A model generated the notes under the pieces. The model did not search any database. It was not told the DNA's origin and saw nothing but the letters and a program-made list of their open reading frames with translations. Shown piece after piece: positions 33,125 to 42,112 of a stretch of 64,000 bases of DNA. Source of the stretch: an uncultured Verrucomicrobiae bacterium (lineage in GTDB: Bacteria; Verrucomicrobiota; Verrucomicrobiia; Limisphaerales; JAFGQR01). Both the position numbers and the translations under genes were made by a program. The stretch lies in contig CAWBHS010000079.1 of the NCBI GenBank assembly GCA_963788655.1, positions 9,411 through 73,410 of the forward strand, in the 5' to 3' direction. Numbering within the stretch: the stretch's first letter is position 1; every line of letters starts with the position of its first letter.

Positions 33125-34411
33125 TCACACAATGTCTTCCTGTGTCCGGTCCCAGCGTACCATGCGCTGCTGCTGTTGGGCTTTCAGCGACATCAAAAAG
33201 GTTGCAGTTTCGATGAACGCTTCGTCGGTCGAGCACTTCGGCGTGCCACGGCTGCGGATGCAATTTAACCAGTCCATCATGTGATTGGGCTGCGTCGGGG
33301 TCTGGCCGCGCACGTAGCCTTTGGGCAAAGCGGCTTTGCGGTTGTAATCCGCGGGGACGATTTCAAACGTGCTGACATCATGCGCAATAGCATCAAACCG
33401 CAGCGTGGCCTCGCGTCCGCAAATGGTCACCGGCTGGCTTTCCGTAGTGTTCATGCTGCCCGCAAACGTGACGGTGCGGCCAATCTTCTCGAACTGGTAG
33501 GTGGCAATCCAGGTGTCGGGCACCTCGCGGTCATCGTGGAGTAACGCATTCAAGCCGGCGCACCCACAGGTGTCGGGAATGCCGTGACCGAGGAGGTATT
33601 GGACGAAATCCATCTCGTGCGAAAGCAGGTCGCCGGCATAGCCGGTCCCGTAAGCGTAATAACAGCGCCAGTGCCAGAAGTGGCGGTCATTCCAGGGAAT
33701 CCTTGGAGCCGATCCCAGCCAGAGATTCCAGTCCAACTCCTTCAAGACCCGTGCCGGATCGGGCCGTTCCCATTGATCGTAGTAGCCGTACCAGCGCCAA
33801 TTGGGATGGTCCGGCTCAGTTGATTTGAAGCGGCCGGTCCGCACCAAAGTGATGGGACCGAGCAAACCTTGCGCAATGAGTTCCCTGGCCTGCAAGGCAC
33901 AAGTGGCCTGCCGGGCCTGATGACCCAACTGGAACACCACCTTGCTCTGCTTGAGCGCGTCCCGCATCCGCTTGGCCTCAGCCAGTGTCCGCGAAAAGCC
34001 TTTCTCGCAGTAGATGTCTTTGCCGGCCTTGACGGCGTCGATCACAATCGGGCAATGCCAGTGGTCGGGCGTCGCGATGACTACCGCATCCACGTTCTTG
34101 TCGGCGAGCAGTTCGCGGTAATCCACGTAGGCTTTCACGTCGGAATTCTGGCTGCGCTCGACGCCCTTTTGACGATGTGGGCCGTACACGTCGCACACCG
34201 CGACGACTTGGACGCCCGGCGCCGGCACCACCGCGTTGATCAGGTCCCCGCCCCGCGTGCCCAGGCCGATGCAACCGACGCCAATGGTCCGGCCGGGGGA
34301 TTGGGCGGGAAGCACTGCGGGCGCCAAAGCCGAGGCGGCAGCCAGCATCGAAGCTGCTTTGCCCGAGTGTTGAAGGAATTGCCGGCGGGTTAGATTCAAT
34401 TGGTTATTCAT
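33125..34411 (-). CDS. Tat-exported Gfo/Idh/MocA oxidoreductase
   Basis: TRRQFL, IGLGTRG, IATPDHWH, YCEK, WNLWLG-AP. Confidence 0.93.
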   Translation of the reverse strand: MNNQLNLTRRQFLQHSGKAASMLAAASALAPAVLPAQSPGRTIGVGCIGLGTRGGDLINAVVPAPGVQVVAVCDVYGPHRQKGVERSQNSDVKAYVDYRELLADKNVDAVVIATPDHWHCPIVIDAVKAGKDIYCEKGFSRTLAEAKRMRDALKQSKVVFQLGHQARQATCALQARELIAQGLLGPITLVRTGRFKSTEPDHPNWRWYGYYDQWERPDPARVLKELDWNLWLGSAPRIPWNDRHFWHWRCYYAYGTGYAGDLLSHEMDFVQYLLGHGIPDTCGCAGLNALLHDDREVPDTWIATYQFEKIGRTVTFAGSMNTTESQPVTICGREATLRFDAIAHDVSTFEIVPADYNRKAALPKGYVRGQTPTQPNHMMDWLNCIRSRGTPKCSTDEAFIETATFLMSLKAQQQQRMVRWDRTQEDIV

Positions 34412-34719
34412 ATAGCTTTTAAGCGTTAGCGTTCAGCCTGTGCCAAATTCATACGTCAACGACGCTTCCGGATAAAGAGCAAACCGGTGGCTGGGGATTG
34501 CCAGGTTTTTCGCCGCGGAATCAAAGCATGCTCGTCATGTCATGCATTCAAGAACGCACGACGCATCCGCTGGAGGCGTGGACCGGCCGATCGCGTAATT
34601 CTGTGCAACGTTTTTTCACCCAACTCCGAACCCCGGCTTTGTCAGCCGTTTTTCAAGCTTTTTGCACAACCAAACTCATTTTCTGGTTTTTTTTTGGAGG
34701 AAGCATACAATACGTAACG

Positions 34720-35717
34720 ATGAGCACAGGAATTAACGCAATTAACGAAGCCGTCAAGGAAGCCAGCGCGTTTGTGTCGCCGCTGTTCAACGAAATCGGC
34801 AAAGTCATCGTCGGCCAGAAATATCTGGTCGAGCGGCTGGTCATCGGCCTGCTGGCCAACGGCCACGTGCTGCTCGAAGGCGTGCCCGGCCTGGCCAAAA
34901 CACTCTCGGTGAAAATCGCTGGCGCATCGTGCATCCACGTGAAGTTCTCCCGCCTGCAATTCACGCCGGACATGCTGCCGGCCGACGTCATCGGCACGCA
35001 GATTTACAATCCGCAATCCGGCGGCTTCACCACGCGCAAAGGCCCGATCTTCGCCAACCTCGTGCTGGCCGACGAAATCAACCGCGCGCCGGCCAAGGTG
35101 CAAAGCGCCCTGCTCGAAGCCATGCAGGAAAAGCAGGTCACCATCGGCGAACAGACCTTCAAGCTCGAGGAACCGTTTCTGGTGCTGGCCACGCAGAATC
35201 CCATCGAGCAGGAAGGCACTTATCCGCTGCCCGAAGCGCAGGTTGACCGCTTCATGCTCAAGCTGAAGATCGGCTATCCCGTCCCGCGACGAGGAACGGC
35301 AAATCTGGAACTCATGGCCACGAACCACGGCCACGCCCACGGCCAATCCGGTCGTGGACCCGAAGCAAATTCTCGAGGCCCGCGAAGTGATCAACGACAT
35401 TTACGTGGACGACAAGGTGAAGGATTACATCGTGGACCTCGTCTGCGCCACGCGCGACCCGGACGCAATACAAAATCGCAGGTGCAAGGACTTCATCCAG
35501 CTCGGCGCCTCGCCGCGCGCGACCATCGCCCTGACGCTGGCGGCCAAGGCCTACGCGTTCCTGCAAGGCCGCGGCTACGTCACGCCGCAGGACGTGAAAA
35601 GCATCGGCATGGACGTGCTCCGCCACCGCGTCGCCATCACCTACGAAGCCGAAGCCGAGGAAAAGACCAGCGAGAACGATCATCCAGAAGATTTTTGATG
35701 AACTGCCCGTGCCATGA
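34720..35717 (+). CDS. moxR: MoxR AAA+ ATPase (several apparent indels)
   Basis: GHVLLEGVPGLAKT, LADEINRAPAKVQSALLE, ATQNPIEQEGTYPLPEAQ-DRF; C-terminal GASPRA...LRHR in a shifted frame; ends DELPVP*. Confidence 0.9.
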
Positions 35718-35759
35718 TTGAAGACGCGTGTGGGAAAGGCAGATAGGCATTGAATCGCA

Positions 35760-36035
35760 GTGGTGAGAAAATGGCGCAGAGATCTTTGGTTGGTCTTAAC
35801 GTTGGTCTTCAGTTTCGCGGATGTGTTCCTGGTGTTCCTCGCCGCGCTGGTTTCGGTCAACCAATGGTTGCGCGAACCGGCACTCGATGGTCTGATTACG
35901 ATGTTCTCTCGCCACGTGGAACTTAGCCTTGGAGTGTTGCTCGTGACGGCACTGGCCTGGTTTTCATACCGACGCTATATCCGTTGGCGCGATGCCGCAG
36001 AGTTGGAACCGCATGAAATATCCGGATACCATTAA
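35760..36035 (+). CDS. Small hypothetical membrane protein
   Basis: Two hydrophobic segments; fills the gap between moxR and the TA pair. Confidence 0.4.
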   Translation: MVRKWRRDLWLVLTLVFSFADVFLVFLAALVSVNQWLREPALDGLITMFSRHVELSLGVLLVTALAWFSYRRYIRWRDAAELEPHEISGYH

Positions 36036-36096
36036 TAACCTCTGCCAGCTTAAAATGCGCACCAACTGGCAAGCAATGACGGCCTTCGCGAGCACT

Positions 36097-36402
36097 TCAT
36101 TTCAACCTGCTGCGAAGTTTCTCCGGATTGCGAGCTCCATGCCAAATTGCCACGACAGTGATTTGCTGCTGCGCTTCGTTGACCACAAAATAAATGGAAT
36201 AAGGCCAGCCTTTGATTTTGGCTTTTTGTGTCAACCGACTAGCGAAAGGAAACCGTTTGGGATTCGCGGAAAGGTCTTGAAGACACAAGCGAACTACGGA
36301 GTTGAAACGCGAGCCATTGCCCGGTTCTCGCTCATCATACCAATCAACCGTTTGGGTCCACTCGTGCTCAGCCTCGGGCGCGACGATGATCGAAAACGTC
36401 AT
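36097..36402 (-). CDS. RelE/ParE-family toxin
   Basis: APEAEHE....WY...G..F...NP..F...WPYSIYF...VVAIWHGARNP. Confidence 0.88.
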   Translation of the reverse strand: MTFSIIVAPEAEHEWTQTVDWYDEREPGNGSRFNSVVRLCLQDLSANPKRFPFASRLTQKAKIKGWPYSIYFVVNEAQQQITVVAIWHGARNPEKLRSRLK

Positions 36403-36641
36403 TGCTTGGCCCGAAGCCGTTGCTCGATTTCCGCGAAGACCTCTTCGGCGGGCCGACCGCGTTCCGGGTGCTTCAACGCTTCCTCGGCACGTCGGTCAAG
36501 TTCGGCAATTTGCTCCGATGTCAGTTCCGGATCAACCCAGCCCAGTTCCTCGCCGAACTCCTCCCAAATCTTTTCCACAAATGCCCGCTTTTCCTCCAGT
36601 GGCATTGGTCGCATTTGCTCGATCATTTCTGTCGCACTCAC
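36399..36641 (-). CDS. Addiction-module antitoxin
   Basis: LEEK..VEKIWE...LT.EQ.AELDRR; ATGA overlap with the toxin. Confidence 0.85.
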   Translation of the reverse strand: MSATEMIEQMRPMPLEEKRAFVEKIWEEFGEELGWVDPELTSEQIAELDRRAEEALKHPERGRPAEEVFAEIEQRLRAKQ

Positions 36642-36740
36642 GAACCTAGCCTACGCGGCCACAGGTCGCGTGCAAGTCGCATTTGCTGAGCATTCAGCGA
36701 CGCATTCCCCATTTTCCATTCCGCACTCCGCCTGCGTAGC

Positions 36741-37692
36741 ATGATTCCTCGCGAAATCCTTAAGAAAATTCGCCAGATTGAAATCCGCACCAGCCGGTTC
36801 GTCACCGAGTCGCTGGCGGGCCAGTATCACAGTGTCTTCAAAGGACAAGGGATGAACTTCGAAGAGGTCCGCGAGTATCAGCCCGGTGATGAAGTGCGCT
36901 CCATCGACTGGAATGTCACCGCGCGGATGAATCATCCCTTCGTCAAGAAGTTCGTCGAGGAACGCGAATTGACGGTCATGCTGCTGGTGGATGTGAGCGG
37001 CTCGGGGCTGTTCGGCTCAGTGTCGCAATCCAAGCGGGAACTCGCGGCGGAAATCGCTTCGGTGCTGGCCTTCTCGGCCATTCGCAACAACGACAAGGTG
37101 GGCCTGATTCTCTTCACCGACCAAATCGAGAAATACATCCCGCCGCGCAAGGGACGCCGACATGTGTTGCGGGTCATTCGCGAAGTGCTGTTTTACGAAC
37201 CCAAGCGCCGCGGCACGGATTTGAATTGCGCGCTCGAATTTCTGAGCCGCGTAACCTCGCACCGCGCCATTGCGGTGATCGTTTCAGATTTTCTGCTGCC
37301 GGCCACCTCCACGCCGTTCGTTCGGTTCCGGCGGCGCCGGCGCGGGCATGGCGCAGAATCTGGCGCAGGCCTCGTTCACCGCGCTGCGCCAAGCCAATCG
37401 CCGTCACGACGTTGTCGCGGTGCAAATCACCGACCGTTACGAGCAGGAACTGCCGGCATTGGGCCGCCTGGTGCTCAAGGATGCGGAAACCGGCGAGGTC
37501 ATGGAAATCAACACCGGCGATGGCGGTCTGCGAACGGCGTTTGCCCGGAAACAAGAACAGGCGCAAAAGGATCTCGAACGACTGTTCCGTTCCGCGGCCA
37601 TCGATGCCATCCAGTTGCGCACCGACCGGCCCTATGGCGCCGCGCTCGGACGATTTTTTGAGACGCGGGAGAAAAGACGTTTACGGGGTTGA
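36741..37692 (+). CDS. DUF58 protein (one apparent +1 indel near 37295-37347)
   Basis: G-YHSVFKGQGMNFEEVREYQPGD-VR-IDWNVTAR, DVSGS, VSDF; continuation RHDVVAVQI.D..E..LP in the next frame. Confidence 0.9.
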
Positions 37693-37698
37693 TTACTG

Positions 37699-38298
37699 AT
37701 GGCTATCACCAATCTTGCCCCCTCAATTTCATCGTCGTTGCCGTCACTCGCGGGCACCAACGATATTCGGGACATCAAGCCGCCGGTGGACATCCCCAAT
37801 CCTTGGTTCTGGTTCTGGTTGGCGTTGACCGTTCTGGTGGTGGTGGCGTTGGCAATTTGGGCCTGGCGCTATTGGTTAAAGAAGAAAACACAAGCCGCCG
37901 TCGTCCCGGTCATTCCGCCGCACGTGCGCGCCAAGCAACGGCTGGCTGAAGCGCTGGCCCTGGTTCACGATGCCCGGCTGTTTTGTATTGCGGTTTCGGA
38001 TGCCCTGCGCGTTTACCTCGAGGAACGTTTTAATTACCGTGCGCCGGAACGCACCACGGAGGAATTCCTGATCGAACTCTCCCTGGCCACCGCGCTCTAC
38101 CCGGACCAAAAGCAGAGCCTGGCCGAATTCCTGCAAAGCTGCGATCTCGTCAAGTTTGCCCGGCACGAACCGACCGAGTCCGACTTGCGCGACCTCCATG
38201 AGTCCGCGCTGCGGTTAGTGGACGAAACCCAGTTTGAATCGCCCGCGGCGACAACAGCCGCATTCCCCGTGGCCGCAAATCTCCCGAAAGAGCCATGA
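37699..38298 (+). CDS. DUF4381-like single-TM Bat-operon protein
   Basis: DIRDIKPP, TM segment, LRVYLE.RF...APERTTEEFL, DLVKFA. Confidence 0.8.
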   Translation: MAITNLAPSISSSLPSLAGTNDIRDIKPPVDIPNPWFWFWLALTVLVVVALAIWAWRYWLKKKTQAAVVPVIPPHVRAKQRLAEALALVHDARLFCIAVSDALRVYLEERFNYRAPERTTEEFLIELSLATALYPDQKQSLAEFLQSCDLVKFARHEPTESDLRDLHESALRLVDETQFESPAATTAAFPVAANLPKEP

Positions 38299-39290
38299 CG
38301 TTTGCCCATCCTTATTTTCTGCTGCTGTTGTTGCTCCTGCCGGTGCTGGCTTGGTTGAAAGGCAAATACGGTCAGCAAGCGGCCTTTCTTTATTCGTCGG
38401 TCCAATTGGTCAGGAATGTGTCCCACGTCCACCGCACCTCGGCCGGTCGTATTCTGCTCGCCCTACGCTGGCTGGCGCTGGGGCTGTTGATCGTCGGTTT
38501 GGCCCGACCGCAATTCACTGAGAGCGAAACGAGTGTCAAAGCCAGCGGCATCGACATTGTCATCGCCCTGGACCTCTCCGGCAGCATGGCGGCGGAGGAT
38601 TTTGAATTGGCCGGGCACCGGGTCAACCGCCTCCAAATCGCCAAGCATGTGTTAAAGCAATTCATTGAAAAACGGCCCGGCGACCGCATCGGTATTGTAG
38701 CCTTTGCCAGCCGGGCGTACATCGCTTCGCCCAGCACGCTCGACCATGCGTTCTTGCAGGAAAACCTGGGCCGGCTCGATCTCTACACGATTGATAACAA
38801 CAGCACCGCGATTGGCTCCGGCTTGATGGCGGCGTTGAATCGGCTGCGAGACATTAAGGCGAAGAGCAAGATTGTGATCTTGATGACCGACGGCATCAAC
38901 AACGCCGGCAACGTTCCGCCGAAAACCGCTGCGGAAGCCGCCCAAGCCCTCCATGTCAAAGTCTATACGATTGGCGTCGGCACCCACGGCAAAGCCCCCG
39001 TACCCCAGATTGTTTTCGGGCGGAAAACGTATGTTCAACAGGAAGTCAACATCGATGAAGACACCCTCAAGGAAATCGCCGCGAAGACCGGTGGCAAATA
39101 TTATCGGGCCGACAGCTCGGACACGTTGGCCAAGATCTACGATGAAATCAATCAACTCGAAAAAACCGACATCGAGGTAAAAAAATACGTTCACATCGAG
39201 GAACTCTTTCCGTGGGCGGTGGTGCCCGGATTGTTCTTCCTGCTCCTGGAAATCCTGCTCGCTCACACCCTGTGGAGAAGACTGCCGTGA
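38295..39290 (+). CDS. batA: BatA-like VWA membrane protein
   Basis: FAHP N-terminus, LARP, MIDAS DLSGS, TAIG, TDG. Confidence 0.9.
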   Translation: MTFAHPYFLLLLLLLPVLAWLKGKYGQQAAFLYSSVQLVRNVSHVHRTSAGRILLALRWLALGLLIVGLARPQFTESETSVKASGIDIVIALDLSGSMAAEDFELAGHRVNRLQIAKHVLKQFIEKRPGDRIGIVAFASRAYIASPSTLDHAFLQENLGRLDLYTIDNNSTAIGSGLMAALNRLRDIKAKSKIVILMTDGINNAGNVPPKTAAEAAQALHVKVYTIGVGTHGKAPVPQIVFGRKTYVQQEVNIDEDTLKEIAAKTGGKYYRADSSDTLAKIYDEINQLEKTDIEVKKYVHIEELFPWAVVPGLFFLLLEILLAHTLWRRLP

Positions 39291-39324
39291 CGGTTTTCCT
39301 TACTGACTGCTAACTGCTGATCGC

Positions 39325-41010
39325 ATGGACTCTCGTTTCCAATTTGCCCATCCCGAAGCCCTCTGGTTCTGCCTGCTGGCGATTCCGGCGCTCATCGCCT
39401 TCTTCTGGTGGTCCTGGCGCAAGCGCCGCCTGCTCATTTCGCAATTTGTCCAGTCGCGCTTGCTGGCGGCGCTAACGGTTGGCATTTCAGCCCAGCGCCA
39501 AAAGATCCGGCTTGCCTTGCTCGTGGCCAGTGTGGCGATGATCCTGTTCGTGCTGGCGCGGCCGCAATGGGGCTTTGACTGGGAGGAAGCGCGGCAGCGC
39601 GGTCTGGACATTGTGGTGGCCATCGATACGTCCCGCAGCATGCTGGCCGACGACCTCAAACCCAATCGCCTTGAGCGGGCGAAACTCGCGGCCATGGACT
39701 TGCGGCACCTGGCCCGCAACGACCGATTGGGCCTCGTCGCGTTCGCCGGCAGCGCCTTCCTGCAATGTCCGTTGACGCTGGACGACGAGCCGTTCCGGTT
39801 GAGCGTGGATGCCTTGAACACCACCATCATTCCCCAAGGCGGGACGGCCCTGGCTGAAGCCATTCGTTGCGCGCAGAGCGCCTTCAAAGAAAAGAGCGAC
39901 AACTTCAAGGTGTTGGTGCTGTTCACGGACGGGGAAGACCACGACAGCCAGGCGCTCGATGCGGCCCGCGCGGCGGCCAAGGATAGCTTGCGTATTTTTA
40001 CCATCGGCATCGGCACGGCCAGCGGCGAGTTGCTGCGTGAGACGGACGAGAAAGGCCGCGTGGATTTCATCAAGGATGAAAATGGCAACGTTGTCAAATC
40101 GCGCCTGAACGAGTCATTGCTCGAACAGATCGCCCGGGCTGGGCAGGGATTCTATCGCCGCTTGGCCGGCGCGGACACGGTGGACTTGCTTTACGATCGC
40201 GGACTGGCGCCCTTGCCCAAAGCGGAGTTTGCCACGAAACGCGTGAAACGCTGGCATGAACGCTACCAATGGTTCCTGGGTCTAAGTCTCGTGATGCTTT
40301 TGGTCGAAATGTTCCTGCCCGAACGCAGACGCGTCCGCCGCTCCGCCAAAATTCTGGCGGGCGGCACCAATGAAGAGTTGCGCAAAGCCGTTGTGCTGTT
40401 GCTGACATTGAGCGTTCCACTGCTGGCCCAAGCTTCGCCCGGCAAGGCCCGAAAGGCTTATGACCACAAGCATTACACGACAGCACTCCTCGAATATGAA
40501 GACTTACTCGCCGACCACCCAAAAGACCCGCGCCTCAACTACAACGCCGGCGCGGCGGCCTATCAAGCGGAGGAATACGAGAGCGCTTTGGGTTATTTCC
40601 AGAATGCGCTAACTTCGCCAGACGCGGCCTTTCAACAACGCGTGTATTACAACCTCGGTAATACTAGGTACCGCTTGGGAGAGGCCAAATCCGATTTCGA
40701 TTCAAAGGAGTCCTTGTGGCAAGAAGCGGCTACCAATTACCAGAGCGCACTCCAGTTGAATCCCAAAGACGATGACGCCAACTTCAATCTGCAATGGGTG
40801 AAGCAAAAGCTCCAGGCGATCAAGAAACTGAGAGAGTTGCTTCGGCAAACAAAATCCAAGGCAGACGATGCGGTGAGACGCCACGAATATGAGCGAGCTC
40901 TAGCTCTGATGCAGAGTCTGCAGCGACAGCCTCTCAACCAAAAGAAATTTGAAGATTATGTTCAACGACTCCAAGAAATTTATGGCATTGCGACTTCCAC
41001 TCATCCTTAG
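39325..41010 (+). CDS. batB: BatB-like VWA protein fused to TPR (BatC-like) region
   Basis: LARPQWG, DTSRSM, TDGED, TM segment, then YNAG/YNLGN TPRs. Confidence 0.85.
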   Translation: MDSRFQFAHPEALWFCLLAIPALIAFFWWSWRKRRLLISQFVQSRLLAALTVGISAQRQKIRLALLVASVAMILFVLARPQWGFDWEEARQRGLDIVVAIDTSRSMLADDLKPNRLERAKLAAMDLRHLARNDRLGLVAFAGSAFLQCPLTLDDEPFRLSVDALNTTIIPQGGTALAEAIRCAQSAFKEKSDNFKVLVLFTDGEDHDSQALDAARAAAKDSLRIFTIGIGTASGELLRETDEKGRVDFIKDENGNVVKSRLNESLLEQIARAGQGFYRRLAGADTVDLLYDRGLAPLPKAEFATKRVKRWHERYQWFLGLSLVMLLVEMFLPERRRVRRSAKILAGGTNEELRKAVVLLLTLSVPLLAQASPGKARKAYDHKHYTTALLEYEDLLADHPKDPRLNYNAGAAAYQAEEYESALGYFQNALTSPDAAFQQRVYYNLGNTRYRLGEAKSDFDSKESLWQEAATNYQSALQLNPKDDDANFNLQWVKQKLQAIKKLRELLRQTKSKADDAVRRHEYERALALMQSLQRQPLNQKKFEDYVQRLQEIYGIATSTHP

Positions 41011-41593
41011 CGCGTTGTGGCTGATGGGCACGCTGGGGTTGGCGGCAACGGCCGACGACTTTTTTCACAGCGGTGCGCAGCAATACATTTTTGGCAAGAT
41101 GGACAAGGCGAAGGAAACGACCCAAAAGGGGTTGCTCCAATTTCCGGAGGATTCCAAATTGAGGCGATTGGAGGAACTGCTGAAGCAGCAGCAACAGCAG
41201 TCCAAAGACGATCAAAACAAGAAGGACGACCAGCAAAAGAACGATCAAAAGCAGGACCAGGAACAATCCAAGCAAGATCAATCCAAACAAGACCAGTCCA
41301 AGCAGGACCAGGAAAAGCAGCAGCAAAATCAACAGGACTCTCAGAAAGACCAGGAAAAGCAGGCGCAGCAGCAAAAGGATCAGCAGAATGCCGAGAAGCA
41401 AGGCGACGCCAGCAAGCCGGAGGATCAGTCCGAGGAGCAGAAAGCTGCCCAAGCCGGCCGGGCCATGGCCGGCCGCATGACGGTGCCGGAAGCGCTCAAG
41501 TTGCTGAACACCACCAAGGACGACGAAAACATGATGCCCTTCTATCTCCAACTCCGCACCAATCGCAATCAGCGGGTGCTCAAGAATTGGTGA
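40982..41593 (+). CDS. Secreted Gln/Asp/Lys-rich BatC-tail-like protein
   Basis: Signal peptide, Q-rich tract with 3x QSKQD (41264-41308), ending M...EA.KLL...KNW. Confidence 0.75.
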   Translation: MALRLPLILSALWLMGTLGLAATADDFFHSGAQQYIFGKMDKAKETTQKGLLQFPEDSKLRRLEELLKQQQQQSKDDQNKKDDQQKNDQKQDQEQSKQDQSKQDQSKQDQEKQQQNQQDSQKDQEKQAQQQKDQQNAEKQGDASKPEDQSEEQKAAQAGRAMAGRMTVPEALKLLNTTKDDENMMPFYLQLRTNRNQRVLKNW

Positions 41594-41669
41594 GCGAGTC
41601 AGTTAATTGCGGTTCGGATTCGGAACCACGTAAGGCTCCCACGCAACAGACGGCAGCGCGGGGACCAAC

Positions 41670-41744
41670 CCCAGGTAGGGCGAGACTCCGTCGAATATCG
41701 GGGCGTCCATTCCCAGTTCGGGACCGGCGAGACGCCGGTCCTAC
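41670..41744. repeat. Two REP-like units between convergent genes
   Basis: 41670-41695 identical to 378-403; hairpin 41721-41744 (ggaccggcgagacgccggtcctac) overlaps the yhbY stop. Confidence 0.75.
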
Positions 41745-42028
41745 GGGTTGGCTTCCTCGGCCGGTTTGGCGCGGTACAGGACGGCAACGTGGCCCACGAG
41801 CGTAATGAGTTGACTGCCGGTTTGCTCGGCCATTTGTGGGGCCATCTGTTTGCGCTGCTCCTTGAACTCGTCGAATTTCACTTTCAGCAATGCGTGATGC
41901 CGGAGCGCGTCCTCGAGGGCTTCAATGAATTGCGGGCTTAAACCCTGCTTGCCCACTTTGAGCGTGGCTTTCAAGTGTTGGGCTTGCGCTTTGAGTTTGC
42001 GCACATCCGATTTGCTGAGCGAATTCAT
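41741..42028 (-). CDS. yhbY: YhbY/CRM-domain RNA-binding protein
   Basis: L..QAQHLK....VGKQG...H.LLKVK...GHVAVLYR. Confidence 0.9.
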   Translation of the reverse strand: MNSLSKSDVRKLKAQAQHLKATLKVGKQGLSPQFIEALEDALRHHALLKVKFDEFKEQRKQMAPQMAEQTGSQLITLVGHVAVLYRAKPAEEANP

Positions 42029-42112
42029 CGCGGGCAGTGTGGCGGGAAACCGCACCGGCCCGCCATCATAATTTGCGGTTTGTAACCAAGGGCTTCGCGT
42101 TCCACTGCTTAC

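Noticed and set aside
33100..33130. Stop-codon readthrough or selenocysteine at the oxidoreductase TGA
   Set aside because: The oxidoreductase is complete at this stop, and the downstream frame is a broken fragment of an unrelated gene.
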